Shown here: one piece after another, positions 52,011 through 64,000 of the stretch
Layout of the letters: each line of letters begins with the position of its first letter
Numbering within the stretch: position 1 is the stretch's first letter
Origin: Sphagnum compactum
Taxonomy: Eukaryota
Length of the DNA stretch: 64,000 nucleotides
Direction of reading: 5' to 3'
Assembly (NCBI GenBank): GCA_965153455.1
Contig: OZ234494.1
Span: 5,456,001 to 5,520,000, forward strand
Position numbers and translations under genes: made by a program
The notes under the pieces: generated by a model
Told to the model about the DNA's origin: nothing
The model's database searches: none
What the model saw: the letters and a program-made list of their open reading frames with translations, nothing else

Positions 52011-55000
52011 TGGTGTAGGGGACTTTTAGTATTGCAATATGTCTAGAATTGCAATGCCTTAACATGTTTTCACCCATTTGGCCTCAAATTTGATATTCAG
52101 TTAAACAAATTGTGTGAAAAATGTAATATAAACCAATAGAAAACTGCCACATGGAAACTGTAGTCCTTGGAAAGGACTTTAACCTTGACGTGACTAGCTC
52201 CTTTTTTCATGCTTTCACCCACGTAAATATCATCCAACTCCAAACCCTAACCTTAGAAGTTCTGACACCAATAAATGTTCCATTAAACCTCATTGCAACT
52301 TCAAGGAATTCAAAGTAATTATTCTAAATAGTGTTACATTGGCAACATTTTAGATCCAAACTTCTTTTAGAGTTCCCATCAACATAGGTCTCACTTTTCA
52401 TTAGTCAACCATTCAACCTTTGAAACATAAAACTGCAATTTCCCAAGTATACCAAACTTAAAACAAGGAAAATAATCAGATAAGTTCATAACACCCTAAA
52501 GATTATCATCACTTCTAACCATGCCTCTATCTTGAAACATCTAAAGGTATTCTGACATTTTGCCTTAATTTTTCAGTGGCAATGAAACCAATTTGCAAAA
52601 CCCCTAGTTCTACAATCATCATTCAATGCATAGCCCACCAATGTTGAAATTGGATGTGCTTCCATAAGCATACATTCATCATATTTTAAATGTGTGAAAG
52701 CCTTAATTTATGACAACAATGTTTTGTTTCAACAAATACTTAACATCATTGCCTTCTTTTCGATGACTATTGCATGATTTTCTTCATGCATCCACCTTGT
52801 AGACTTGTGTTCTATACTAGGGTAAAACCACAATTGATGGAATTTCAAAATACTTTTGGTAATGTCTTCACAAGAAGGTCATTTATTTTAGGAATGCTTG
52901 CACCCATGAGCCGTAACGGGCCCCACATTTGAAGGATATTGTCACAACGAGGCCCAATTATTTTGGGAAATGTTTTCACTCTCATAAAACACTTCAAGGT
53001 TTTTTCTTTGTATTTGAAAACACCTCCCCCACACAAAACATTTGTTGGAATAAAAAAAACCTTTCATGTTGTACATTAAGGAAAGCCTACTCTAAAGCCT
53101 CGCCTAATTATTTGGCCTACCACTCAAACTACCCACCTTTTAGGCTACAACCTTCAAAATAGGGGAGGCCTTGGGGAACATGCCTTCCCTAATATTTTGT
53201 CACTAGGTTAAACAACTATAACAATTGTTCCAGAGTGGGACTCAATAGCTAGTATTTACAATTTGAGTTGAAGACATGAAAAGGATTTCTAAAAACAATG
53301 GTGCATTTGCAATGCCTTGATAAAGGCTATGTCACAAGGATGTGAATACCTGGGTAACATATGTTGGATCTTTTCTTGCATGCCCCAAGAGCATTGGACC
53401 TTGTAGAAATGATCCACACAAAAGTGGGGGAACACAAAGTCAAAAGATGTCAAGGTAGTGCTCAAGGAAATCAAATATTACGGCTAGATTTTATGTAACA
53501 TATGGGAAAAATTCGTATGTTAGAACAACTCTAATGATAGGGTGTTGAATTGCAATGCCATAGTTTTTTCAACACATTGAATTTAATGCTTTCAAAGACA
53601 AAATGTGATTGTGAAATAACTTTATTCATCGATTTCACATAAGTAGTTCCATTACAAGTACATAAAAAATAAAAACCAATCAAGCTCAATAAAAGTGAGC
53701 AAATGAGTTCACATCAAAAGTTTAATCTCCATAAGAAAATATTCGAGCTTCTTGTTTAAGACAAAAAACTTTCAAAAGCTTAGAAGTCCAACTTTTTGTG
53801 TTTATAGGTTCTTTTTTGAAAAACTCCCTTCACAATTACATAGGACAACAAGACAATACAAGACAAGGAACACTTAAAAGAAGAAAAAAAGAAATGAAGA
53901 ACAAAGTCTTGAGGTTTAATAGAAAGATAAGAAAAACAAAGGAAAAGTGAACAACATTGTGCAAAGTTGAACTCATACCAACAGCAAAATGCATTAAGAA
54001 TAAATAAATAAATAAAACCAGAAGGAGCTTGGTGAATCAACTCTTGTTGATACGATCATAATGAAATTAAATGAAGAGATAAAGTCAAGCTCCTTATGGC
54101 AATGAGACAAGACACAAGACAATGATCACAAATATGATAAAACAATTGACAAATACACCACAAGGCACATTTGTAGCATGGGATGGGAAATAATCCCAAG
54201 GTTGTAACTACTAAAACATTAACATGATTGTCATTGGGGCAAGAATGAAGGCTTAAAGTGAACTTCTTTGCCAAAGTTACAATAATTGAGTGTGTGGTGA
54301 ACCTTACTAAGGTTGTTTGTACAATATTATGCTTGCACTAGAGGAAAGAGATTGTCTAGACCAATATTGTGCAATTATTTGACTTTAAAAAGAATCCTTG
54401 GTTTTAGTTTTACCAATATTCCAAGATTAAGAAACTATAGTTCTAGTTTTTTAAGAAAAATCAAAATTGGAAAACTATTAGTTTCAATTATTTCAAAATC
54501 TCAAAGAATTAGTGGTTTTCATGAAATTTTTTTTGGTTTTATTGGTGGTTGTTTGACTTTTCTCAAAATTTAAAAATGCATTTATATATTAGAAAAAATT
54601 CTTTGGTTTTTTTGAAAACCACAAATATGAACATTAAGACCACCATCATAATTGTCAAAAGAACTTGGTCCTTTTTTTATAATTGCCCAAAAATGGTGTA
54701 GACATGATTTCATACTTGCAAGAAACAACAACACAAATTTGTAGACCATAGTCTTTTGTGTATTCAAACATACTTTTTTAAGCATTGTATAGAGAGTCCA
54801 ACATTCATGGAAGGTAGTAGCCAACTTTTAGGAGAAATTTGCAAAGATTAACAAAAAAAATGTAAGAACAGACCCCCAATGTCAAAGCAATTCTTATGGT
54901 TCATAACCTTAGTTTTCAAAAACATTTAATAGCTAATTTTGATATATAATCAAGGTTTTCAAACAAATTTGAAGAAATTTTTATAAAACTATCAATGATC

Positions 55001-57307
55001 TACTAGTTCTTTTATGACAACCATAGGTTATTTGAAGTTTTTGAAACAAACCAAATTAATTGTTCTTTGACTTTAATCTTTTCGGGAAAGTGGAGTTAAC
55101 AATTCTTTGATTTTGAAATATTGAAGAATTGGAACTAGAAGCTATTAATAAAATTAAATATCCATCCGACATTGACGATTACCTATACATTATTAACTCT
55201 TGGCATTTGTATGATATCCATGACTTTTGCAAGAAACATGTCATCTAATTTGTTGCCATAGCCTTCTTTTGGGACTATAACTTGATATTGTTATAATATA
55301 CATATTATCCAAAAAAAATTGAAAATTTCTTCAATTGTATAGATGGAAGTTGACTTCACAAAATATGCAAAAATGATATTAACATACATAATTGTTGTCA
55401 CTACTTGTGATATAATGGGTCCTAGAATTTAGATTGCAATATAAAAGAAATTTGGTGAAGATGATGAAAATATATAACTTACAATAAAGTTATTTGCAAA
55501 AGCAAGGGAACTTAGTGCCAATAGTCACAATTTTCTTATTAAAAGAGGTAAGCTTAAGGTGAGATAGAAACCTAACACTAAAAGAATACACTAGCATTAG
55601 ACAAGGTCTAAAATTCCATTTCCTCCAATGTTGATGGTAAAACAAATTTGATCATGAGTTTAAAGTTTCCTTTCACTACTATTGTCATTGTTGTAAATAT
55701 TTAGCATATATTTTAATTCATGTGCAATAATTGCTCAAATTCAGCATTTGAAAATGAATTTCAATGAAATTTGCTCACTTTGCAAATAACTAACACATAG
55801 GAGTGAAAAAGGTTTCAAGGTGAAAAAAGGGTCCAAATGCAAGGTTGTGTTAAAGATAACTTTAATAAGATTAAGAGTCTAAACAGATAGCTACATGAAG
55901 CATGACTTGATTGGTTGAAGTTGCAATGTGATGAGTAGCTCAAGTATTTCAAATATTTGGATATGTTCGGGTGTCAAGCACATTGTCAACCATTTTGATG
56001 TATAAAGTAAGGAATTTTTCTGGGGATCTTGTTGGGTGTGAAGGCCCAGTTGAATGTGGTAGGAAGCCCAAGGCTAGACTTGAAAACTCCGGAAGATCCT
56101 TACCTTATGTAAAGAAGTTTTAAAATTTTGAAATTTAATGTTTTTTGAAAATTGAATTGATGTCTTCTATGAAGAGAAGGTTTGTTTGTGGTTTAAAAGG
56201 GAAATTATGTCAAAGGAGGTGACTCAAAATGAACTAGGAAAGTTATAAAAGTTCTTTATGAATTTCCCTAAGGCAAGAGCCAGGAATTATATTTACACAT
56301 ATCTCTATGGAAACTGAGATACTATACATAATTTGCAGTAGGATTCAGATGTGTATTGTTATGAATATGCAATCATGCATATTACTGCACACAAGGTACA
56401 CTATATTCAAAACTGAAAAGACACTTGAAGGTCTGAGCTATGGAAAAGCAATACCAATTGCCAACAAAGGCACATGGATCTTGATTAGTATTGTTGGAGC
56501 CCATCCACACCATCAACAGCTAAAGGTAAGGCCATCTTTCCATCTCACTCCGTTTGGAACATAAGGATTGATGGTCTTACAATCTTACAAGCTCCCTCAC
56601 CTTGATTGTTTGTTGCCAATCAAACATCAATCCAATAACTCAATTTGTTGTGGATCCATAAAAACATCATGTTGTTTCACCTCTGTTCTGAGTTTGCACC
56701 TTTAATTATGAAACTGAGTTTGAACCTGTAAATATGCATTGTGGGTTCTGGTGGATCTCTCTTACCCTATAGCACTACACCATGCTTCATGCTACTGGCT
56801 TTCTTATAGCCAACTTAGCTTTAGTAGGGGATTAGTAGTGCAATTTTAGAGCTGTACTCAATCATGTGGTACTTGAGGGAGGACTGTGCAATCCAGAGTG
56901 CCCCCAATTGCAATGGTTGGATAGGATTTGAAATTTGAGGCAATGGCTGTCTAAGTGGATGAGCTACTCTGGCACACTGAAGTTGGCAAACTACAATCAT
57001 GAAATCAGACCCCTTGTGTTATTTTGGAGGTCTTCAGTTGCCAGAAGTGAGGAGAATGTCTTTTGTAAAAATCATCATATTCGCGTATTTGGTTTTCAAT
57101 GTGTAGCCAAAAATATAAAAGGATGGATATTTATACTTTATTTCTGGTTTATAGCCAGATTTGGCTAAATCTTCCTAGGCATGATTGCCACTTTGGCCAG
57201 AAACCAAAAAATGCTTCAAAAAACACACTGGCACTACATTAGCCTGTTAGGGCAAGCTAAGGTGACACACCCAACATAATGGGCAAGGCCAAGATTTGAG
57301 ACCATTC

Positions 57308-57480
57308 CATGACATTAAGGTCTGGGGCATAAGAAGATTCAACAATTTATAAAAAAAACAAGTCATGTTCAACAGAGATTTTGGTCACTATTGTGAGTGT
57401 ATGATGATCACTGGAAGATTATGTCATATAATAGGGTAAAGCAAATGACATAATCTGTCACCCCAGACCTTGATGTTTTA
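57308..57480. mobile_element. Small inverted-repeat element (MITE-like)
   Basis: ACATTAAGGTCTGGGG / CCCCAGACCTTGATGT inverted pair ~150 bp apart. Confidence 0.5.
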
Positions 57481-58146
57481 TGAACAACCCCAGGTCCTGT
57501 GCTTTAAAGTCTGTGGATTCCAAGCTCATTGTTGGGTGGGATAGGTATAACAACTACCTTCCAGTATGCTGAAAATACTGGGAATGTGAGGTACGTTGTG
57601 TACGTAAAACCAGAACATTGCCGTGAGGAAGGTGGCCATTCACCCACAACCACGTCAGAAATGAATGTGGGTACCGTAATCCCCAAATGCACCCACCCCT
57701 TCAAAGAGCTCACAAGAAATTCAATCCTAGAGGGTAAGGGGGGGGTAAGGAGTCAAGATCATAACACTTGTGTCAATCCTTTTGCTTTTAGAATCAGGAT
57801 GCATTTGTGCATTCTAGGCCTCAAGTTATGTGTGTCACTGCCTGGTTTCATCATGCATAAATTGTTGGCTTCTTGTGCAAAAATTGTTGGATTATTTTGT
57901 GACGTGCTTGAAATTTCACAAAACATCCTTGAAGGTATTATTATTATATCATGCCTCACATGAGGGAATGAGTTTTGTTCACACATCAAGTGTGACCATT
58001 GTCATGGGTAGAAAATGTTAATCCCTTGATTGCGACTAGCAATAGTGAGTAAAGGGCCCTTTAAGGAAACCTCAAACCCCAACCATTCCAACTGTAGCAG
58101 TAAAATGGCCTGTATACTACATTCTAGATGAAGGATAAAAGTCTAA

Positions 58147-58478
58147 GAACATCTCCAGCGTTGCTCGGTATGTGATCCTGCACAGTAAAATTGGATGAAG
58201 ACAATCGAAAGTATGTCGGTTTGGCTCAGGAAAATGGTTTTGGCTACACATAATTGGGCACGTTGCCGAGGCCGGTAAATGGCGCAGCAGCGCTGTGCAC
58301 CTGGAGAAAAGAGTGTAATAAATATGATCTAACTCTTGCTCAGTGTTTCTGATTGGCCCATCATAATGATTCGTCCAAGTGGTTTGCTATTAGTAGTCCC
58401 CCACCTATTTGCTGTCCCAATTTCAGTTGTGAAAAATATTTTCGCAGGGTCACATACTGAGCACCGCTGAAGATGCTC
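58147..58478. mobile_element. Tourist-type (PIF/Harbinger) MITE
   Basis: ~35-bp TIR GAACATCTCCAGCGTTGCTCGGTATGTGATCCTGC / GCAGGGTCACATACTGAGCACCGCTGAAGATGCTC; TAA TSD on both sides; ~1.1 kb upstream of the SPH gene. Confidence 0.88.
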
Positions 58479-59099
58479 TAATAACGTGAAACTCCCAGTC
58501 TGGGAATATAGATATACCCTAAACCTCTAAATATGTACAGCATACAGTGACCTCCAAGTCATTGCCCCAAGTGGTGACATTTAAATAGTCTCTCACTTTG
58601 TAATGTTCACTTTGTTCATGTTTATCAGTAGGGAAGGGCCAATGTTCTGTTTTGTGGCAAAAAATCACCACTTGGTAATTAAAAAAACATGGGGCTTGCC
58701 AAAAAAGCCCAAAGATTTTTTTTGGAAAAAAATCACACAAAGTGTTGCCATATTTTGAAGAGAAAAAAGTTCTCAAATTCCCATATTTATGACACATTAG
58801 TTCCTAGCTTGTCACCGGAACACAGCAAGTTTCCTAACATTTTCTACTTTTCCTTTCTAGCATGTAGTCAAATTTGGCTGAGACCTCTTGTGAAGGATCG
58901 CCAACCCACCTACTCAACAAAACTGAGAAAAAATCATTGGGGAGGACCAAACATTTCACACTAAATTTGAAAGTTTAATACCGCAAGTATGGAATCACAC
59001 AAGCATTCAAGGAAAGTTGAAATTCCAGCTTATGAGTTGGCTGATTAGTAATAAGTTAAGTTTGTTCTATCTACACTTTGTATTATTCACATCTGGGCA

Positions 59100-59154
59100 C
59101 TTCCTTGACTTCCGCCTCTTGCAGAGGCAGAGGAAGAGGCAGAAGTCAAGGAAG
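59100..59154. other. 21-bp inverted repeat (hairpin, 13-nt loop)
   Basis: CTTCCTTGACTTCCGCCTCTT-GCAGAGGCAGAGG-AAGAGGCAGAAGTCAAGGAAG; one mismatch, which is a G:U pair on the minus strand. Confidence 0.85.
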
Positions 59155-59555
59155 GGGTGGATGTAGGCAACCAACCAGCCACAGTATTGTACACACCTTC
59201 TTTTTCCAGTAACTTATTTGGGCTGTTTGAACATGAGATTCAGAAGCCACAACAAACATACTTGAGGGGTGTATATCTTATATCAACTCATGTCAAGATT
59301 AATAAGAGTGTCAAGATTTTGACGGATTGTTCAAGTGGGTCTGAGATAAATGAACTCAAATTGAACAACATATTTTGCTCTCAAGTGGTCAGCTCATATT
59401 TCCCAGATTTTGAGACATTGAGACTAGCTGAATTCACCAAGTCCTCTGACAGGCATTGATCATCTCTCTCTCTCTCTCTCTGTGTCCCTGTGGTCAGACT
59501 GTCTGTGTATGCATACAAGGCTTGAGCATTGAGCCCATTCAGTTAGTTGCTCTTC

Positions 59556-60077
59556 ATGGCTGCTGCTGGTCACCTGTTTCGTTATGCACAGAAGAAGAGG
59601 AGAATATTAAACTTGGATAGAACAAGACTATGGTATGCACTTATGGTGACAATTTTTGTACTGGGAACAGCTGGGCGAGTGACATCCGAAGCGATGGTGG
59701 ACATCATCAACTACTGTGGAGAGCCGATTTCTGTGCACTGCAAATCTCACGACTCAGATCTGGGTAGGATCATGATCGATATAAGCGAGGATTTCATGTT
59801 CAAGTTCACATCCAACATCTTTGGAACGACATTGTTCTGGTGTTCATTCGAGTGGGGAATCGAGACACAGTACTTCCCTGTATGGGAAGGTTCCAACTAC
59901 GTCGATCGTCCCCCTTGCGCACCAACGGGCACTTGTCTCTATAAAGTTGCTCCTGATGGATTCTATTGGGCAACTTCTCAAAAAGCCCAAGGCAATTCGT
60001 TTTGGACATTTTACAAAAAATGGTCAACGTATGTACATGTGGAACAAATTTGGAATTCCCCGCCTCCCCCAATTTGA
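59556..60077 (+). CDS. Plant self-incompatibility S1 family / S-protein homologue (SPH), secreted or signal-anchored Cys-containing protein, 173 aa
   Basis: VDIINYCGEPISVHCKSHDSDLG...FMFKFTSNIFGTTLFWCSFEW...C..C.YKVAPDGFY matches the SPH consensus (HCKSxDxDLG, FxF..N.FGTTLFWC, DGxY). Hydrophobic segment LWYALMVTIFVLGTAG precedes the domain. ATG is at 59556; the ORF-track start at 59547 is TTG. Confidence 0.9.
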   Translation: MAAAGHLFRYAQKKRRILNLDRTRLWYALMVTIFVLGTAGRVTSEAMVDIINYCGEPISVHCKSHDSDLGRIMIDISEDFMFKFTSNIFGTTLFWCSFEWGIETQYFPVWEGSNYVDRPPCAPTGTCLYKVAPDGFYWATSQKAQGNSFWTFYKKWSTYVHVEQIWNSPPPPI

Positions 60078-63000
60078 TAATTTGCATGCTCTAATTTTCA
60101 ATACTTTTTGCACTTCATTGTTTTACACTTCTGTAGAAGGTAAGGAACTTTTCTGTGGCTCTACCATGGGTTTGAGGACCTGAAAAACCCTAAAACCCTA
60201 GGAAGAGCCCGGGCCGACGTAGGGTTTTTTGCAGAATCGATGTAGAGCCTCAGCATCCTCAGCTGGGTCTGGAAACCAGGAAGAGTCTGGGGAAAGTTAT
60301 TTACGTTTAAGTGCATAATGTTTGAAAATTTGAACCTTACAAAATGGAAAGTTCTCTCAAAATCAATTTGACATGGAATTTCCGTGAATGGAAAGGTTCT
60401 TTCAAAATCAAGTTGAAAACTTCCATGAATGGAAGGTTCATCATGTGTGGTTGAAAAGGGAAATTCTACAGGGGAGGTGAGTGCAAATGAATGGAGAACT
60501 TTTTTTACAGTTCGTTCTTTATGTGCAAAGCATATTAGGTCCATGTGCTGCAAGGTGGTGTTCTTAGGATGGATGACCATTGGAATGTGCAGGTACACTT
60601 TCAAATACAATTTATCGATTCATGTGTGATGTTGCAGTTTGGTAACTTGTGAAATTTAATGTCAATTGCAGGGTCACAAAGCACTCTCCAAATTCGACTA
60701 CGAAGCACGATGTACATCAAGAATTACCAGCAAATTAGAAGCCAACTTGTTCAGAGCATGTACTTTGGGGAGAAAGGTTTAAAGGGACCTCCCACATTCT
60801 CAAAATCATGTTTCCTGCAGCAGCATCAGCTCCTCTTTATTTGAAGATCGAACGAACAACTTGATTGAACAACTTTGCAGCAGCATGATGAGTCTAAAGG
60901 AAGGTCAGCTCAATTGAGAGAAACTTCAATAAAAATTAGGGTTCATTTGGCAAAGTTTTAGGGGACCCAAATTGCAACATGTAAAACTATTTATGAACTT
61001 ATTAGGTACACTTTGCAACATCAATTTGTGCCAGCTTCATGTACAAGGTCTACATCCATCTGGTGTGTAGACATAGATGAAATTAACAAACTATTTGCCA
61101 CACATTTCTTTGATCAACAAGCTTCTTCATTCAGACTATGTATTACCAAGCAATATTGTTTCAAACACAAACTGCCCATCAAGAGTGCAACTGCTAGTCC
61201 TATTTTAGCTGGATGCCTCCAGTAGGCATGTAGCAGATTTCTGTAATTACCCACCCACATAGGTATCAATAAGCCACCAAGTTGGTGGTCTGACTTTTGC
61301 CATTCCATTTTTGCACATATTTACTTCTTGTTCAAGCTTGTAGCCAAAATATAAAGGGATTCTTAAATTTCTCTACTTTCACATCTGGTCTATAGCCAAA
61401 TTTAGCTAAATCTTCTTGGGGAGGATCACCATTTTGGCTACATCATAAAACTGAATAATAAATGAATAATTTGTTTAAAAGTAATTTTAAAAATAAAAAA
61501 AAGAAAAACAGCAACAATGCTGCTCCTTACTTGCAAACCAGCAAAATATTTTGATGCATTGCTTGTTGGTCGATGATTTGTGATAGAATATCTAGATTAC
61601 TGTTTTTGATGCCAAAATGATTTTATATTTTTCTACATTACTGTATGTAATGGTCAGATTCAACACCCAAGTACTGAAATGAATTAATGTACATTTCGGT
61701 GCATTAAAAATTTGCTAAATGATCATTACAAAATATCTAGATTACCATATCAGATGGTCAGATTCAAACACCTAGGTGCTGAAATGGGTTAAGTTTTCTA
61801 CAATAGGAAAGAAGCATTTATCACCTCAAATTCAAGTTTTCTAAATTTTTGACACATTTTTCTCTCCGCCTATGCCCATTATTTTTGAGCCTTTATTTGT
61901 TCATCACATCAAAGATAGTGTACTCAAACTATTTCCCAATCCCCACCCACAAACATTAAAAATGGAATGATATAAGATCCATAAACATGCAAAAAATGGG
62001 ATAAATTAAGATGAGAGACTATTTGAATCCAATCACCAATGATTATAGCCAGCCAACCAAGAGCAACCATTTTGGTGCGCAATGTCCATTGGATCTTGTG
62101 CAAATTTATTAGCCTTTGTTATTTTTCATCCAAAATATATCATAAGGGCTAATTGAGCTACTCTAATATTTTTACCTTTTTATATTTTGTTGTTAGCATT
62201 TTACAATATTGTATCTTGAAAATTCTCAACTACCCTATGTTCTTTTCAGATTTTTCAAATCCAATGTAATCTGACAATTTTTGAAATTTCATGTGAACAT
62301 TAGTATTGTGTGGTCTCATTTAGTGAAGTCTAGATGCATAAATTTGTTGCACTTTCATATAGTTTTTTTTTTAAAATTCTAGAAAATTATTCAGCGTGGT
62401 TTGGAATTTTATGCACTTTCAACACTTCACCCTTAGAATTTCTCAAAAAATTAACATCTCATTTCTTAAATTAATTTAAGAAATGGCAAGAGCGTTGGGT
62501 AGTAAGGATGTGAGTTTTGGTCACATCCACTGCCAATCACGTGGATCTTAGTATGGGGTGATCCTCAATGCATTGGATGTTGTTACGGGTATCTATAGGG
62601 TCTCTATTTCCTCCTTCTTTAATCCCTAAACACCAATAAATCATATATGGTTTTTTAAAGAAATTTAAACAAGTCTTGATAGCGCATATTTAAGTGTTCA
62701 TATTTTTTTCTTTATTGATTGGTTGCACAAGAAGAAAATCTCTCCAATTCGGTGTGCTAATGAGCCTCCAACTAACTAGCACCCACACTAGTACCATGGA
62801 ACAAACCCAAAATCCATTTAAATTGCTTTAAAATATTACAAATCTCTTTTGTTTAGACTATAATAGGGTCTCTAAGTCTAATGTAAAAACAATTGGGCTT
62901 AATATGGTCACAAAAAGGCCTTATCCAAAAAGGGGTAGTTACTAAAGTGAGTGTAGGTTCATCCTAGCATGCCAACCAAGCACATCAATGTAGATTTAAG

Positions 63001-64000
63001 AAGGGGGGGAGAGGTTTTGTAAAAAAAAAATCCCACACAACCATTTCCCCCACATGTGAAAAAGGTTGCCCAACAGCACCTAATCAATCTTCTCATCTTA
63101 ACCCCCCCCTAATGTTGTGTAGTAGGTGATGTTTAAACAATCCCACTTGTTGGAAAATAATGAACTAAGTGCTATTAATGAGCAACTATAGCCCAACATG
63201 ATTTATTTTTTCAAGGACCAAATTATGTGAATGTGCATTCATTGGAAATGTTCAATCCAATTCATTCAAACCAACCCCACATGAATTGAAATTTAAACAT
63301 GGGATAACTAAGATATATTCCTTTGTTCTGACATTTCATATATAAATATGTCACCATAAAAATGAAAATTATTTCAAAATGTGAAAAGACAATAAGTTTA
63401 GCTTTCACAAAAGAACACAACATGGTGATTGGATGAAACCCACAATTAATAAAGGGGGTCAATTTGAACAGTTTCATGACATGTGTGTAAAGTATACACC
63501 TCCAAAATGTGTTGCATTTAATTTTGTGTTTTATATTTTGATTTTCACAAATTTAATGTTATATAATCTATGAAAAATTAATTAAAAATATTAAATTCAA
63601 GGAATAATGGGTATATCTATGGTATATGTAGTACAATAAAAACTTATTTCAAGTTATCTTAAGTTTTGGTTTGAATTAGTCAACCAACAAACATTTCAAA
63701 TGAAAATTTTAAAAATGGCCCATTTCATAATTTTTGTCATCTTTCATTTAAAAATGATTGTTGTCAAAATTTTAATTTACCAAATATTTAAGGTCATTGC
63801 CCTAGAAAAAATCTATTTGTGATATGATAATAATCATTTTTTCCACATGGTTCACAAACTTATTTCAATCATACAACATCGCAATGTAAGTATATATTGC
63901 AAATTTCATAAAAATTAAAAAACATTTCAATCATTTTTTGCATTTTTTAAAACATTGTGATGTACATTTTCTTTGTGCATATAAATTTTAACATCACATC

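Noticed and set aside
57529-57963. 144-aa ORF upstream of SPH
   Set aside because: Non-ATG start, no recognisable domain or splice support.
60161-60610. 149-aa minus-strand ORF after SPH
   Set aside because: No recognisable motif; it includes a short duplicated segment (ATGGAAAG..TCT.TCAAAATCAA) typical of repeat DNA.

Overview
AT-rich, CpG-depleted eukaryotic DNA with spliceosomal introns and TTTAGGG motifs, so a land plant; the repeat style suggests a bryophyte, but that is inference. The left half is an old tandem segmental duplication (~95-9730 vs ~17040-27850). Copy B holds a 9-exon, highly divergent euAP2 (APETALA2-type, double AP2 domain) gene on the minus strand (22598-19578, ~538 aa). 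It was reconstructed by hand and keeps the diagnostic 26-nt and 31-nt microexons. Copy A holds a paralogue (4741-3688, ~183 aa) in which a ~1.9-kb deletion removed the NLS, all of AP2-R1 and most of R2 and fused exon 1 in the correct phase to the intron-6 donor. Its reading frame is intact, making it a candidate DNA-binding-less antagonist or cofactor. The middle (~27.9-56 kb) is a nest of decayed transposons: Copia, Ty3/Gypsy, hAT, CACTA and many MITEs with TSDs, plus a RING pseudogene. Near the right end is an S-protein-homologue (SPH / Self-incomp_S1) gene with an intronless CDS (59556-60077), preceded by a 21-bp hairpin. All homology calls are from recalled motifs, not database searches.
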